64,000 nucleotides of DNA from Planctomycetota bacterium (GTDB lineage: Bacteria; Planctomycetota; B15-G4; SIAN01). Below are positions 17,641 to 27,251 of the stretch, in pieces (the first letter of the stretch is position 1; every line of letters begins with the position of its first letter). The notes beneath the pieces were generated by a model. It was given only the letters and a program-made list of their open reading frames with translations, did no database searches and was not told the origin of the DNA. Made by a program: the position numbers and the translations under genes. The stretch lies in contig JANNXA010000047.1 in assembly GCA_031409275.1 (NCBI GenBank), positions 1 to 64,000 on the forward strand. Reading direction: 5' to 3'.

Positions 17641-18044
17641 GACGCCTGGTCGACGATCGTCGTCGCGACCTGGTTCGAGATGCCGATGTGCGGCGTGCAC
17701 GTGATGAACTGCGAGTAGACCGTCACGCCGACGATCGCGGGATCGCATTCGACTTCAACGTCGAAGCAGAACGAGCCGTTGCTGTCGAGCGTGACGAGCA
17801 GTTCGAACATGAGCGGGAAGTCGAGGAGGATGTCGCCGTACTTCTTGCTGTGCACTGGGCCTTGGCCACCCGACGCCATGAACAGTGCCGGGCTGTTCGC
17901 CGGCCCTTCGATGCAGAAGGTGAAGGTCGAGCCGATCGAGACTTCGGTCGGCGCACCGTTGAACCAGGTGGTGCCGCCGCCGTTGACGGCGTGGGCTGGG
18001 GCGGCGATCGCCGCGACGAGCACGGCTGAAGCAATTGAGCGCAT
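17394..18044 (-). CDS. Secreted protein with an Asp/Ser-rich repeat tail
   Basis: Signal peptide [19 protein letters not shown], a small Cys-containing domain, then about 80 aa of [16 protein letters not shown] repeats. Confidence 0.82.
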   Translation of the reverse strand: MRSIASAVLVAAIAAPAHAVNGGGTTWFNGAPTEVSIGSTFTFCIEGPANSPALFMASGGQGPVHSKKYGDILLDFPLMFELLVTLDSNGSFCFDVEVECDPAIVGVTVYSQFITCTPHIGISNQVATTIVDQASSEDDDSDSDSSADSDNDSDEDSNADSDKDSDEDSNADSDKDSNKDSNADSDKDSDEDSNADSDKDSNKDSDKDSNKDSDKD

Positions 18045-18113
18045 GTCAGATTCCAAGGGTGTGGGGGGGCCGCGACAACCGCTTGCCGCAAGCGGGCGGG
18101 ATCGTAGGCGGGC

Positions 18114-18129
18114 GCGAGTGCGGTGCCAA
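18114..18129 (-). promoter_or_regulatory. Putative sigma-54 (-24/-12) promoter
   Basis: Minus strand TTGGCACCGCACTCGC: GG-N10-GC with TGGCAC, about 70 nt upstream of ATG 18044. Confidence 0.5.
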
Positions 18130-18296
18130 GACCTCACCCTCCCTCCCGATCCTCCGATCGGGACGTTTTTTCGGAGTGGCTGACGACCGAGGGGGCGCGC
18201 GCCACGTCAACGCGCGGGTGACGGCGCTCGCGGACCGACTCAGCCCTCGCCGCGCCCCACCGTCACGAGCCTGAAACCCACCCCGCGAACCCCCCG

Positions 18297-19457
18297 TCAG
18301 CGGCGGGCGGGGAGCTCGACTTCCACCATGACGTCGTCGCCCTTCGCGCCGTTGCGCCGCTTCACGTCGCTATCGCGCCGTCGGTTGGGACCGAACGAGT
18401 AGAGGACAACGCGGCGCTCGTCCCTCTCCACGAACAGCCAATAGGGGTTGTTCCAGGGGTCGAGGAAGTAGCGCCGACGCGCGCTCTCACGGTCGTCGCC
18501 AGTCGCCTCTCCACCGCCGACGAAGGCGCCGCGCTCCAGCGCGTAGTAGCCGTCGCGGGTGGCCGTGAACACGCGCTTGTGGACGCTGCTCTTCGTGTAG
18601 ATCTTGGCGCGCGTGCCTTCGGTGAGATCGCGCGCGAGCACTTCGATCTCGGCCCTCGTCTGCGCGAGCCCCTCCTCGTCGGAGCCGTAGACGAGCCGCG
18701 CGAGCAGCGGCGCCGTGACGCTCGCGAGGCCGAGCGTGACGATCGCGGAGAGGACGATCGCGCGCGGTCCACGTCCGACCGCGGCCGCGATCAGGAAGAG
18801 GAACCCCAGGAGCAGCTCCGCTCCCTCGCCGATCAGGCTGATCGGATAGGTCACCTCCGAGGCGACGACGGCGAGGAACAACGGCGCGAGCACGACCGGC
18901 GGCGCAATCGACTCGACGCAGCGGAACAGCTTCAGACGGACCAGAAGCGGGCCGAGCAGGCCGAACACGACGGCAATGGCGATGACGAGGAACTTGCTGT
19001 CGAGCTCGAACCCGAGTCCCGACGCGTTCTCATCCATCAGGATGTTGTGGAGGTTCAACTCCTGCTGAAAGTTGCGCTCGAGGAAGACTTCCGGCGGCTG
19101 AAATCCCACGAGCCGCTGCCCCCACGAAACCTCCTCGCCCGCGACGACCACGCAGAAGAGCACGAATCCCAAGCGCACGACGTTCTCGAGCCATGGCGCC
19201 GACCGACGAAGGGCGAGCGCCGAGAGGAGGGCGGCGCCGAGGAACGCGTAGGTCGTCGCCCACTCGATGACGCCGTCCTCCTGGGCGACGCTCTCATAGA
19301 ACGAATCGAAGTACGCGGCCGCCGTGAGGGCGAGCGCGATGAGGTCGGCGCACACCAGCGCTGCCAACCACGCAGCGCCGCGATGGAAGGCCGCGCGATG
19401 AGCGGGCACGACGAGCGCCGCCACGAGCATCCACCACAGGACGTCCCAGAATCCCAT
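18297..19457 (-). CDS. Polytopic membrane protein with a C-terminal GspG (pseudopilin)-like domain
   Basis: Starts MGFWDVLWW with RBS ggagg. Membrane motifs EDGVIEW, GEEVSWGQR and NFQQELNLHN; C-terminal DPWNNPY, LYSFGPN and GDDV. Confidence 0.78.
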   Translation of the reverse strand: MGFWDVLWWMLVAALVVPAHRAAFHRGAAWLAALVCADLIALALTAAAYFDSFYESVAQEDGVIEWATTYAFLGAALLSALALRRSAPWLENVVRLGFVLFCVVVAGEEVSWGQRLVGFQPPEVFLERNFQQELNLHNILMDENASGLGFELDSKFLVIAIAVVFGLLGPLLVRLKLFRCVESIAPPVVLAPLFLAVVASEVTYPISLIGEGAELLLGFLFLIAAAVGRGPRAIVLSAIVTLGLASVTAPLLARLVYGSDEEGLAQTRAEIEVLARDLTEGTRAKIYTKSSVHKRVFTATRDGYYALERGAFVGGGEATGDDRESARRRYFLDPWNNPYWLFVERDERRVVLYSFGPNRRRDSDVKRRNGAKGDDVMVEVELPARR

Positions 19458-19712
19458 CAGCGCCTCACCTCCGCCTCTCGACGCGATCGATGCCGGACTT
19501 TCGCACATGCGCTCCCGATTCGTCCATACGCACGAGGAGCCCCGACGGCGCTTCGAGCCGCCCGCCGTGATCGGAGCGGCTCGCTCCCGACGGTCGCAGG
19601 TTCGACCCAGATCGGCCGGAGGTCGCCGTGAAGCTGAGGACGGTTGGCGCGCGCCCCATGCCGTCGGGCACCTTTGGCGGGCACAATGGCCGCCTTCCGG
19701 GAGGGAAACGCG

Positions 19713-20795
19713 ATGGCGGCGACGAGCGGGAACGAAAGGCGCATGCAGCTGACGCTGCGGGAGGTCGCCGAGCTGACCAAGGGGCAGCTCATCGGCGACG
19801 GCAGCGTGGTCATCGACGGCGTCGGTCCGATCGAGTCGGCGGGAGCGACGCAACTCGCGGCGCTCGACAGCGAGCGCTTCCTCAAGCAGGCGCAAGCGTG
19901 CGAGGCGGCGGCGCTCTTCTGCCCGCCGAAGCTCGCCCCGCAGTTGCCAGGGCGAGCGCTGATCGTGACGCCGGTGCCGCAGATCGCGCAGAACGCGTTG
20001 ATCGACCGGCTCGGCCTGTGGCCCCTCCCGTGGAGCGAGGCGGGAATCCACACGACGGCCGTCGTCGATCCGCGCGCGACGCTCGGCGCGGGCGTCGCCA
20101 TCGGCCCCTACGCCATCGTCGGGCCAGGCGCGCGCATCGGCGCCGGCACCCGTCTCGAGCCGCACGCCGTCGTCGAGCCCGACGCGGTGGTCGGCGCGCG
20201 CTGCCGCCTCCTGTCGGGCGCAGTGATCTGCTCGTGCGCGACCATCGGGGATGAGTGCGTGGTCGGCCACGGCGCGGTCGTCGGCGGCGAGGGATTCGGC
20301 TTCGGCTTCGGGCCGACCGGCGCCGTCCGCCTGCGCCACATCGGACGCGTGATCGTCGGGAACCGCGTCGACATCGGCCACCACGTCACCATCGACCGCG
20401 CTCGCTTCGGCGAGACGCGCGTCGGCGACGACGCGAAGCTCGACAGCAAGGTGCACCTCGGCCACAACGTGGTCGTCGGCGCGCGCACCATCTGCGCCGG
20501 CCTGACCGGCATCGCCGGCTCCAGCGAGATCGGCGCCAACTGCCTGCTCGGCGGCCAGACCGGCGTCGCCGACCACGTGAAGGTCGCCGACAACTGCCGC
20601 TTCGGCGCCCGCTCCGGCATCGGCGGCAACATCACCGACGCGGGCGACTACTTCGGCTTCTGGGCGCGCCCCCACCGCCAGGCGCTGCGCGAGATGGTCG
20701 CCAGCGAAAAGCTCCCCGAAGCGCTGAAGACCATCGCCAAGCTCGAGGAGCGCCTCGCCGCGCTGGAGGCGAAGCTCGGTCCGGGAGCGAGCTGA
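19713..20795 (+). CDS. lpxD: UDP-3-O-(3-hydroxyacyl)glucosamine N-acyltransferase
   Basis: LTLREVAEL N-terminal domain, hexapeptide repeats, GGEGFGF, IGRVIVGNRVDIG, TIDRA, KLDSKVHLGHNV and GIAGS. Start may be 19743. Confidence 0.93.
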   Translation: MAATSGNERRMQLTLREVAELTKGQLIGDGSVVIDGVGPIESAGATQLAALDSERFLKQAQACEAAALFCPPKLAPQLPGRALIVTPVPQIAQNALIDRLGLWPLPWSEAGIHTTAVVDPRATLGAGVAIGPYAIVGPGARIGAGTRLEPHAVVEPDAVVGARCRLLSGAVICSCATIGDECVVGHGAVVGGEGFGFGFGPTGAVRLRHIGRVIVGNRVDIGHHVTIDRARFGETRVGDDAKLDSKVHLGHNVVVGARTICAGLTGIAGSSEIGANCLLGGQTGVADHVKVADNCRFGARSGIGGNITDAGDYFGFWARPHRQALREMVASEKLPEALKTIAKLEERLAALEAKLGPGAS

Positions 20796-20806
20796 ACTGA
20801 GCAAGC

Positions 20807-20879
20807 GCGGGCGGGGCGCATTCAGCCGCTCCGCCCGCAACGGGCCGGTCCGACGCCGCAACTTCGTCGGCGCCGGACC
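20807..20879. terminator. Two tandem GC-rich hairpins between convergent genes
   Basis: gcgggcggggcg...cgctccgcccgc (20807-20838) and ggtccgacgccg...cggcgccggacc (20847-20879). Confidence 0.5.
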
Positions 20880-20886
20880 GTGAACC

Positions 20887-21681
20887 TCACGCCCGCTTCT
20901 TCAGCGAGAACTTGATCAACGGCCTGCCATCGTTCGCTGAGACTTCGACGTTGTCGACGTCGTAGCCCTCATGGATGGCGTAGAGGATCGCCACGCCAAG
21001 TGCCGCGATGAAGAGCGCCGTGGCCGCGGCGAGGATCACCGGACTCGACGCCACCATCACCGTGGAAATCCCGGCAGCGATCGCGCCGATCACAGCCGCC
21101 ACCTCGAAGCCCGTCGCGCCTTGCACCGGCAACTGCGGCATCCGCAGCTTCTCGAGCACGCGGCGACCGAGTTCGTCGCGCCGCTTGCCGGCGAGATCGT
21201 TGAATGCCGCCACGATCGCCGGTTCGCGAACGACGATGACGACCTCGGACTCCTTCGCGGCGATCGCCTGCATCGACAGCATCAACAGATCGGCAGGCCC
21301 ATAGAACGGCGTCCCGTTCACCGTGCCGATCGACAGGTCGGGCAGAGCGCGCACGACGCGGTCGCCACGGTCGCGGATCGAATCGATGACACGGCGGCCT
21401 TCGCGGACCGCGTCGTCGACCGCGCGCTGCCCGCCAGCGACGGCATCCTCGGCGGCGTGACGCGCGTTGCGCTCGGCCTCCTCCAACGCCTTGCGCGCCT
21501 CGGCGGCGGCGCGGCGAATGGCCTCTTCGGCAGCGGCAGCGGCGGCTTCCGCAGCGCGACGCGCAGCCTCCTCCGCTTTGCGCGCCGCTTCGCGAGCCTG
21601 CTCGGCCGCATCGTCGATCCCGCGGCGAATCTCGTCCGCGATGCGGTTCCCTTGATCGAGCAGTGTGTTGAACGGTCCCAT
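20887..21681 (-). CDS. Hypothetical protein: Ala/Glu/Arg coiled coil plus C-terminal hydrophobic hairpin
   Basis: RBS ggagg before ATG 21681; EQAREAARKAEEAARR... followed by a long hydrophobic segment. Confidence 0.72.
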   Translation of the reverse strand: MGPFNTLLDQGNRIADEIRRGIDDAAEQAREAARKAEEAARRAAEAAAAAAEEAIRRAAAEARKALEEAERNARHAAEDAVAGGQRAVDDAVREGRRVIDSIRDRGDRVVRALPDLSIGTVNGTPFYGPADLLMLSMQAIAAKESEVVIVVREPAIVAAFNDLAGKRRDELGRRVLEKLRMPQLPVQGATGFEVAAVIGAIAAGISTVMVASSPVILAAATALFIAALGVAILYAIHEGYDVDNVEVSANDGRPLIKFSLKKRA

Positions 21682-21817
21682 GGCAATCGCCCTCCAGGCA
21701 GTGTGGATCGGTGCCGGCTCGACTCGACGCGCTTGCATCGAAGCCGTCTCCAAGCGGAGCGCGGGTCATGGGCACGCGTCACGGCGTCGCGCCGTGATCC
21801 GCTCGCCCCACCCCCCC

Positions 21818-22486
21818 TCACTCGATCCGCAGCTCCTTGAACTCGATCCGCTCCGGCCCCCACTGCTTGCCGAAGACGTTGCGGAACTCGATGCGGTCGG
21901 GGAGGAGGCGGTCGCCGATCTTCGTGAAGCGCGCTTCGAGGCGCTCCTCGCCCACTTCGATGCGGGTGACGAGCTGCTGATCGCCGACCTTGCTCCAGGT
22001 GAACTTGCGGCGCGCGCCGCCGCGCTCCTCGATCTCGGCCACGCGGCCGTCGCGCACATGGATCGCGGCGTAGGGGTGGCCGACCAGGGCGATACGGCCA
22101 TCGGCATCGGGTGCGGCGATGGTGGCGCCGGCGAACTCGACCGCGAAGTCGCGCCGCCCGTTCCAGTCGGGCTGCGCCCACATGAGCAGCCGATCGCTGA
22201 AGGCGAAGATCAGCGCCTGCTCGAGTTCCGGGGTGAGCGCGCCGTCGAGTTCCACGGTCACTTCGCGCCAACCCGACGCGTCATTCAGGAAGCCGCGGAA
22301 CTGCTCGAATCGCACCGTTCCCGCGACTTTCGCCTGACCACGCCACATGAAGTCGGTGCCCGGCTGCTCGACGACGAAACGGGCGGTGAGCCGGCGACGC
22401 GCCTCCGGGTCGCCCTCGACGAATCGCGGCAGCTCCACTGCCAGCGCGAACCGCAATGCGATCCAGCTCATCGAACGCGGCCCCAT
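21818..22486 (-). CDS. Hypothetical protein (beta-rich)
   Basis: 222-aa ORF with protein-like composition filling the gap; start uncertain. Confidence 0.6.
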   Translation of the reverse strand: MGPRSMSWIALRFALAVELPRFVEGDPEARRRLTARFVVEQPGTDFMWRGQAKVAGTVRFEQFRGFLNDASGWREVTVELDGALTPELEQALIFAFSDRLLMWAQPDWNGRRDFAVEFAGATIAAPDADGRIALVGHPYAAIHVRDGRVAEIEERGGARRKFTWSKVGDQQLVTRIEVGEERLEARFTKIGDRLLPDRIEFRNVFGKQWGPERIEFKELRIE

Positions 22487-22866
22487 CTCCCGAGCGGCCG
22501 ATCACCCGGGCGCGGAGCATAGGTCGCCGCGCACGATCGACGCGCCTCGGGTTGCTGCACCGATTCGGTCTCGTCCGTTCGCGCATCGCTCGCGTCCAAG
22601 GAACGAACGCGGCGAGCACGACGCGTCGGTGCCGCACCGATGGCGCGTTCGAGGTCGATCTCCTAAGTTCTTCGGACAACTCCCAACGACTCGATGTCAG
22701 CGGCGTAGGAACCGCCGGCTCCGGGTCACCGGTAGCACGGCACTTTCGCCCGATCGTTTCGTGCAACGAGGCGGGTCTTGACCACCTCACGGCGTCGCTG
22801 GGCGGCGATGTCGTCCCTTCGATCTCTTCGTCGATCGCTTCGTTCGTCGTCTGCAGAAGGAACGTC

Positions 22867-25800
22867 ATGGCTCGCCATCGCCCGATCACGTTCGGGCTCG
22901 GGATCGCGGCGCTCGTCGGCGCCGCATCACCCCGCGCCCTCGCGGCTCCGTCCTGCTTTGCCCCACCGCTCGCGCTTGCAGCGCAAGCCGGCAATGCGCG
23001 CGGCAGCCAGGACGCGGCGGCGAACGACGCCTACAACTTCATCGCCGGCCTGTTCGAGAAGGGCTTCCACGACCAGGTAGTGGCCGAAGCGGTCAAGTTC
23101 CTGAAAGAGCGGCCGACCTACGCCCGCGCCGCGCTGGTCCGCTATCGACTCGGCCAGTCGCTCTTCGAGCTGAAGAAGCTGCCCGAAGCGCAGGCCGAGC
23201 TGGCGCGGCTCGAGCCGGAGCCCGCCGACTTCCCCTACGCCACCGAGGTGAGCTTCCGCCTCGCGCAGTGCCTGCTGGCAGGCGACGACTTCGCCGGGGC
23301 CGCGCGCCGCCTCGATCTCATCGCGCGCAGCGACCACTACCTCGCGCCGGCCGCCGCTTTCAATGCCGGCGAGGCGCACTTCCGCGCCGGCAACTTCGCG
23401 TCCGCCGCGAAAGCGTATGCCGTCGCCGCCGAGAGCAAGGACGCGGAGTACTCGAAGAGCGGCCTGCACGGCCTGGGCTGGGCGCTCTACAAAGCCGGCG
23501 AGTTCGCGAGCGCCGGCCAGGCGCTGCAGCTCTTCGTGCAGCGCCATCCGCAGGAGGCGACCGTCGGTGAAGCGTGGTTCCTGCTCGGCGAATGCCGCCT
23601 GAAACAGGAGCAGCCGGCCGAGGCGCTCGCAGCGTTCCAGAAGGTCACCAGCGGCGAGTGGTTCGACGACGCGCTCTCGGCCGCCGGCTTCGCATGCGCG
23701 GCGCAGAAAGAGGACGCGCGCGCGGCGCAGTGGTTCCTGCGCCTCGAACAGTCGGTGGCCGACAGCCCGCTCCTGGCCGAAGCACGCCTCCACGCCGGCA
23801 TCCACCTCCAGCGCGCCGGCCGCGACGACGATGCGGCCGCCGTGCTCGACCGTCTGCTGCAGACGAACGACGAGCGCTACGGCGCCGCCGCGGCCTACTG
23901 GCGCGGCCTGGTCGCGCGGCGCAAAGGCGGGCCGAAGGCGGCGCTCCCCTTCTTCGAACGCGGCCTCGCGGCGAAGCCCGATCAGGAGCTCGCCGGTCAG
24001 TTGGCGTTGGCGCGCGCGGACGCGCTCTTCGACGCCGGCGAGTTCGAAGCGGCGAAGGAGGCCTACGCGAAGGCGGGCGGCGGCTCGGAAGAGGCGGCCT
24101 ACTCCGCGGCGGTCGCGGCATTGAACAGCGGCGACCACGCCAGCGCCGCGCAACGCGCGCGCGATCTGCTGCAGCGCTTCGGCAACGGTCGCCACGGCGC
24201 TGGCGCCCAGTTGGTGTTGGGCGAGAGTCTCTTCACGCAGCAGAAGTGGAGCGAGGCGCTCCCCGCTTTCGAGCAGGCGGCGCAGGCGCAGGGCGACGGC
24301 CCCAACGGTCGCGCCGCGCTGCGGCCGCGAGCGCTGTCGCGAGCCGGCTGGTGCGCCTTCAAGCTCGACCGCCCCGCCGATGCGGCGATCCACTTCGGCG
24401 CGCTCGTCGCCGAGTTCCCGCAGGATGAGCGGACGCCCGAAGCCTCCTTCATGAACGGTCGCGCGCTGCTGCGCGCCGGCCAGCACGAGGCCGCCGAGGC
24501 CGCGTTGACGAAGACGCTGCAAGAGCACGGCAAGAGCGAGTGGGGCGACGACGCGCGCTACGACCTCGCGCAGTGCAAGCGCGCGCTCAAGAAGGACGCC
24601 GAGGCCGATGCGCTGCTGGCGCAGCTCGCACGCGGTGGCGGAAAAGTCGACGGCGCGTTGAGCCGGCGCGCGGCGCTCGAAGCCGCCGAGGCGCACGCGG
24701 CGGCCGGTCGCCACGCCGACGCGCTGAAGCTGCTGACCCCGCTCGCCAACGATGGGGCCGCCCCACTCGAGGCGCGCCGACCGGCGCTCTACGCGCAGGC
24801 GTGGTCGCTGCAGGCGCTCGGCGACAGCGGCGAAGCGCGCAACGCGCTGCTCGCCCTCTTCGCCACGGAGACGGCGCAGGCACCACTCGACGCGACGCTG
24901 GCCGTGCCGGCGCTCGAGCTCGCCGCGACGGTGGCGCGCGTTTCGAAGGATGGAGCGGGCGCGCGCCTCGCCTGGCAGCGCTTCCTCGAGCTTGCCCCGC
25001 AGCACGAACGCGCGGTCGAAGTGGCGCTCGTGGCGGCCCTCACGCTCGATGAGAACGACGACTCGCGCGGCGCCGCGGAGCTGCTGGGCGAGGCGCTCAC
25101 CAGGCTCCCGAAAGCGGTCGGGCGCGAGCGGCTCATCTACCAGCGAGCGCTCTCGCTGCAGTCGGCGGGCGACATCAAGCAAGCCAACGAGCTGCTGGCC
25201 AGCGTGGCCAGCTTGCGCGGTGGCGGACCGTTGGCGGCGCAGGCGGCCTTCGAGCTCGGCGAGCAGGCCTACGCGAAGGGCGACTACGAAGGGGCGCTGG
25301 CCCACTACGCCAACGCGAGCGGGGTCGACTCGCCGGTCGCCGACGCGGCGCTCTACAAGTCGGGCTGGGCGCGCTTCCAGCAGGAGCGCTTCGCCGACGC
25401 GGCGCCCTGCTTCGCGCGCCTCGTGAAGCACTTCCCGAAGAGTCCGCTGGTCGGCGAGTCGCTCTACCTGCGCGGCGAGTCGCTCTACCGCGCCGGCGAG
25501 TTCGAGCCGGCGTTGCAGGCGCTCGAGGAGTTCCTGAAGGCGCACCCCAAGCACGAACAGCGCAGCAACGGACTCTTCCGCGCCGGCCTCGCCGCCGGCG
25601 AACTGGGACGCCTCGACGTCACCCTCGACACGCTGACGCGACTGCAACGCGAGTTCCCCGACTTCGCGCTCAAGCCCGAAGCGGACCTCTGGCTGGGTCG
25701 CGCGCTCTTCGCGAAGCAGCGCACCAACGACGCGCTGGCCAGGTTCGACGCGGTGCTGCAGGCCGATCGCGGCGTGCTCGCGGCGCGTGCGCACCTGGGC

Positions 25801-26052
25801 CGCGGCGAGGTGCTGCAGGTGCAGGGTCGCGTCGACGACGCGCTCTCCGAGTTCCTGAAAGTCGCGCTGCTCTTCGATACGCCGCCCGAAGTGGCGCGTG
25901 CGTTGTGGGGCGCGGGCCAGTGCCTCGAGACGCTCGGTGACGTGGCGAAGGCGAAGGCGCGCTACGCCGAGCTGGTCGAGAAACATGCGCAGGCACCCGA
26001 AGCCGCCGCCGCCAGGACGCGCCTGCGCGAACTCGAAGCGAAGAAGAGCTGA
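22867..26052 (+). CDS. Large exported TPR protein (CpoB/YbgF/BamD-like repeats)
   Basis: Signal-like N-terminus with RBS aagga; many TPR pairs (LVKHFPKSPLVGESLYLRGE, ARALWGAGQCLE, YAELVEKHAQAPEA). Confidence 0.88.
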   Translation: MARHRPITFGLGIAALVGAASPRALAAPSCFAPPLALAAQAGNARGSQDAAANDAYNFIAGLFEKGFHDQVVAEAVKFLKERPTYARAALVRYRLGQSLFELKKLPEAQAELARLEPEPADFPYATEVSFRLAQCLLAGDDFAGAARRLDLIARSDHYLAPAAAFNAGEAHFRAGNFASAAKAYAVAAESKDAEYSKSGLHGLGWALYKAGEFASAGQALQLFVQRHPQEATVGEAWFLLGECRLKQEQPAEALAAFQKVTSGEWFDDALSAAGFACAAQKEDARAAQWFLRLEQSVADSPLLAEARLHAGIHLQRAGRDDDAAAVLDRLLQTNDERYGAAAAYWRGLVARRKGGPKAALPFFERGLAAKPDQELAGQLALARADALFDAGEFEAAKEAYAKAGGGSEEAAYSAAVAALNSGDHASAAQRARDLLQRFGNGRHGAGAQLVLGESLFTQQKWSEALPAFEQAAQAQGDGPNGRAALRPRALSRAGWCAFKLDRPADAAIHFGALVAEFPQDERTPEASFMNGRALLRAGQHEAAEAALTKTLQEHGKSEWGDDARYDLAQCKRALKKDAEADALLAQLARGGGKVDGALSRRAALEAAEAHAAAGRHADALKLLTPLANDGAAPLEARRPALYAQAWSLQALGDSGEARNALLALFATETAQAPLDATLAVPALELAATVARVSKDGAGARLAWQRFLELAPQHERAVEVALVAALTLDENDDSRGAAELLGEALTRLPKAVGRERLIYQRALSLQSAGDIKQANELLASVASLRGGGPLAAQAAFELGEQAYAKGDYEGALAHYANASGVDSPVADAALYKSGWARFQQERFADAAPCFARLVKHFPKSPLVGESLYLRGESLYRAGEFEPALQALEEFLKAHPKHEQRSNGLFRAGLAAGELGRLDVTLDTLTRLQREFPDFALKPEADLWLGRALFAKQRTNDALARFDAVLQADRGVLAARAHLGRGEVLQVQGRVDDALSEFLKVALLFDTPPEVARALWGAGQCLETLGDVAKAKARYAELVEKHAQAPEAAAARTRLRELEAKKS

Positions 26053-26083
26053 AACACCGATCCTCCCCGCAAGCGAGACCTCC

Positions 26084-26791
26084 ATGTCCCCGTCGATCGT
26101 TCCGCTCATGCTGCTGCAAGCGAGCCCGACTCCTGGCAGCAAGCTCGGCAACCTCTACGACCTGATCCTGGCCGGCGGCCCGCTGATGGTGCCGATCGCG
26201 CTGTGCTCGATCGTGGCGCTCGGCTACTTCGTCGAGCGGCTCGGTGCGTTGAGCAGCGGCCGCCTGCTCCCGCGCTCGTTCGCGGCGGGGCTCGAGCAGG
26301 CGCTCGCGCAGAACAGCACCGCGGCGCTCGACTTCTGCACGAAACAGCCGAAAGTCGCCATTGCACGCGTGATGGCCGCCGGGCTGCGCCGCTTCCACGA
26401 GAGCCGCAGCGACATCGAGCGCGCGGTCGAGGATGCGGGCGGACGCGAGGTCGCCACGATGACGCGTCAGCTGCGGCCGCTGGTGATCATCACCGCCATC
26501 GCGCCGTTGCTGGGGTTGCTCGGCACGGTGACCGGGATGATCAAGTCGTTCCAGGTGATGGCGCTGCAGCACGGAGCCGGCAAGCCCGACCTGCTGGCCG
26601 GCGGCATCTCGGAAGCGCTGGTGACGACCGCGGCGGGTCTCTTCGTCGCGATCCCGGTGCAGGTCCTCTACTACTGGTTCCGCGGCAAGGTCGACCGCTT
26701 CGCGGCCGGCAGCGAAAGCGTCTTCGACGAGGTGATCGGGCGCGCCCTCGAAGCGCGCAGCGCGGCCGCGGCCAAGCCGCAGGCGGCGTGA
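26084..26791 (+). CDS. exbB: MotA/TolQ/ExbB proton channel protein
   Basis: GGPLMVPI, APLLGLLGTVTGMI, GISEALVTTAAGL. Confidence 0.92.
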   Translation: MSPSIVPLMLLQASPTPGSKLGNLYDLILAGGPLMVPIALCSIVALGYFVERLGALSSGRLLPRSFAAGLEQALAQNSTAALDFCTKQPKVAIARVMAAGLRRFHESRSDIERAVEDAGGREVATMTRQLRPLVIITAIAPLLGLLGTVTGMIKSFQVMALQHGAGKPDLLAGGISEALVTTAAGLFVAIPVQVLYYWFRGKVDRFAAGSESVFDEVIGRALEARSAAAAKPQAA

Positions 26792-26792
26792 C

Positions 26793-27218
26793 ATGCGCAT
26801 CCGCCGCAGCACCGAAGCGGAAGGCGAGGAGGTCGGCTTCAACCTGACGCCGATGATCGACTGCGTCTTCCTGCTCAACATCTTCTACATGCTGACGACG
26901 ACCTTCCTGAACCTCGAGAAGGAGATGGACCTGAACCTCCCCGAGGCGCAATCGGGGCGGCCCGAGAAGCAGGAGCTGAAGGAAGTGATCATCAACGTGA
27001 TGGCCGACGGCCGCATGAAGGTGGGCGAGCGCTTCTTCGATCAGGACGGCCTCGTCGACCACCTGAAACAGGTCGCGTTGGCCGACGCGCAGACGCCGGT
27101 GACCATCCGCGGCGACCGCGACACGGTGTTCCAGAATGCGGTGCGCGCGATGGATGCGTGCGGCCGCGCCAACCTCCATCGCATCTCCGTCGGCCTCCTC
27201 GACGGCACCTCGAAGTAG
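26793..27218 (+). CDS. exbD: ExbD/TolR biopolymer transport protein
   Basis: NLTPMIDCVFLLNIFYML with the conserved TM Asp, LNLPEA, VTIRGD. Confidence 0.92.
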   Translation: MRIRRSTEAEGEEVGFNLTPMIDCVFLLNIFYMLTTTFLNLEKEMDLNLPEAQSGRPEKQELKEVIINVMADGRMKVGERFFDQDGLVDHLKQVALADAQTPVTIRGDRDTVFQNAVRAMDACGRANLHRISVGLLDGTSK

Positions 27219-27251
27219 ACCCAGGCCACCGCTCGCGCGGCGCCATCTGCC

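Noticed and set aside
17244..18029. Plus-strand VLVGVLV and SLSESL repeat ORFs
   Set aside because: Antisense readings of the Asp/Ser repeat; the minus-strand ORF has a signal peptide and a folded domain.
19458..20861. 5' extension of the 854-aa minus ORF
   Set aside because: Antisense to lpxD; the real gene starts at ATG 19457 with an RBS.
22487..22866. Riboswitch (e.g. cobalamin) ahead of the TPR-ExbBD operon, or an N-terminal extension from 22456
   Set aside because: No recognisable B12-box or other aptamer consensus by eye, the extension is not protein-like, and an RBS precedes ATG 22867.
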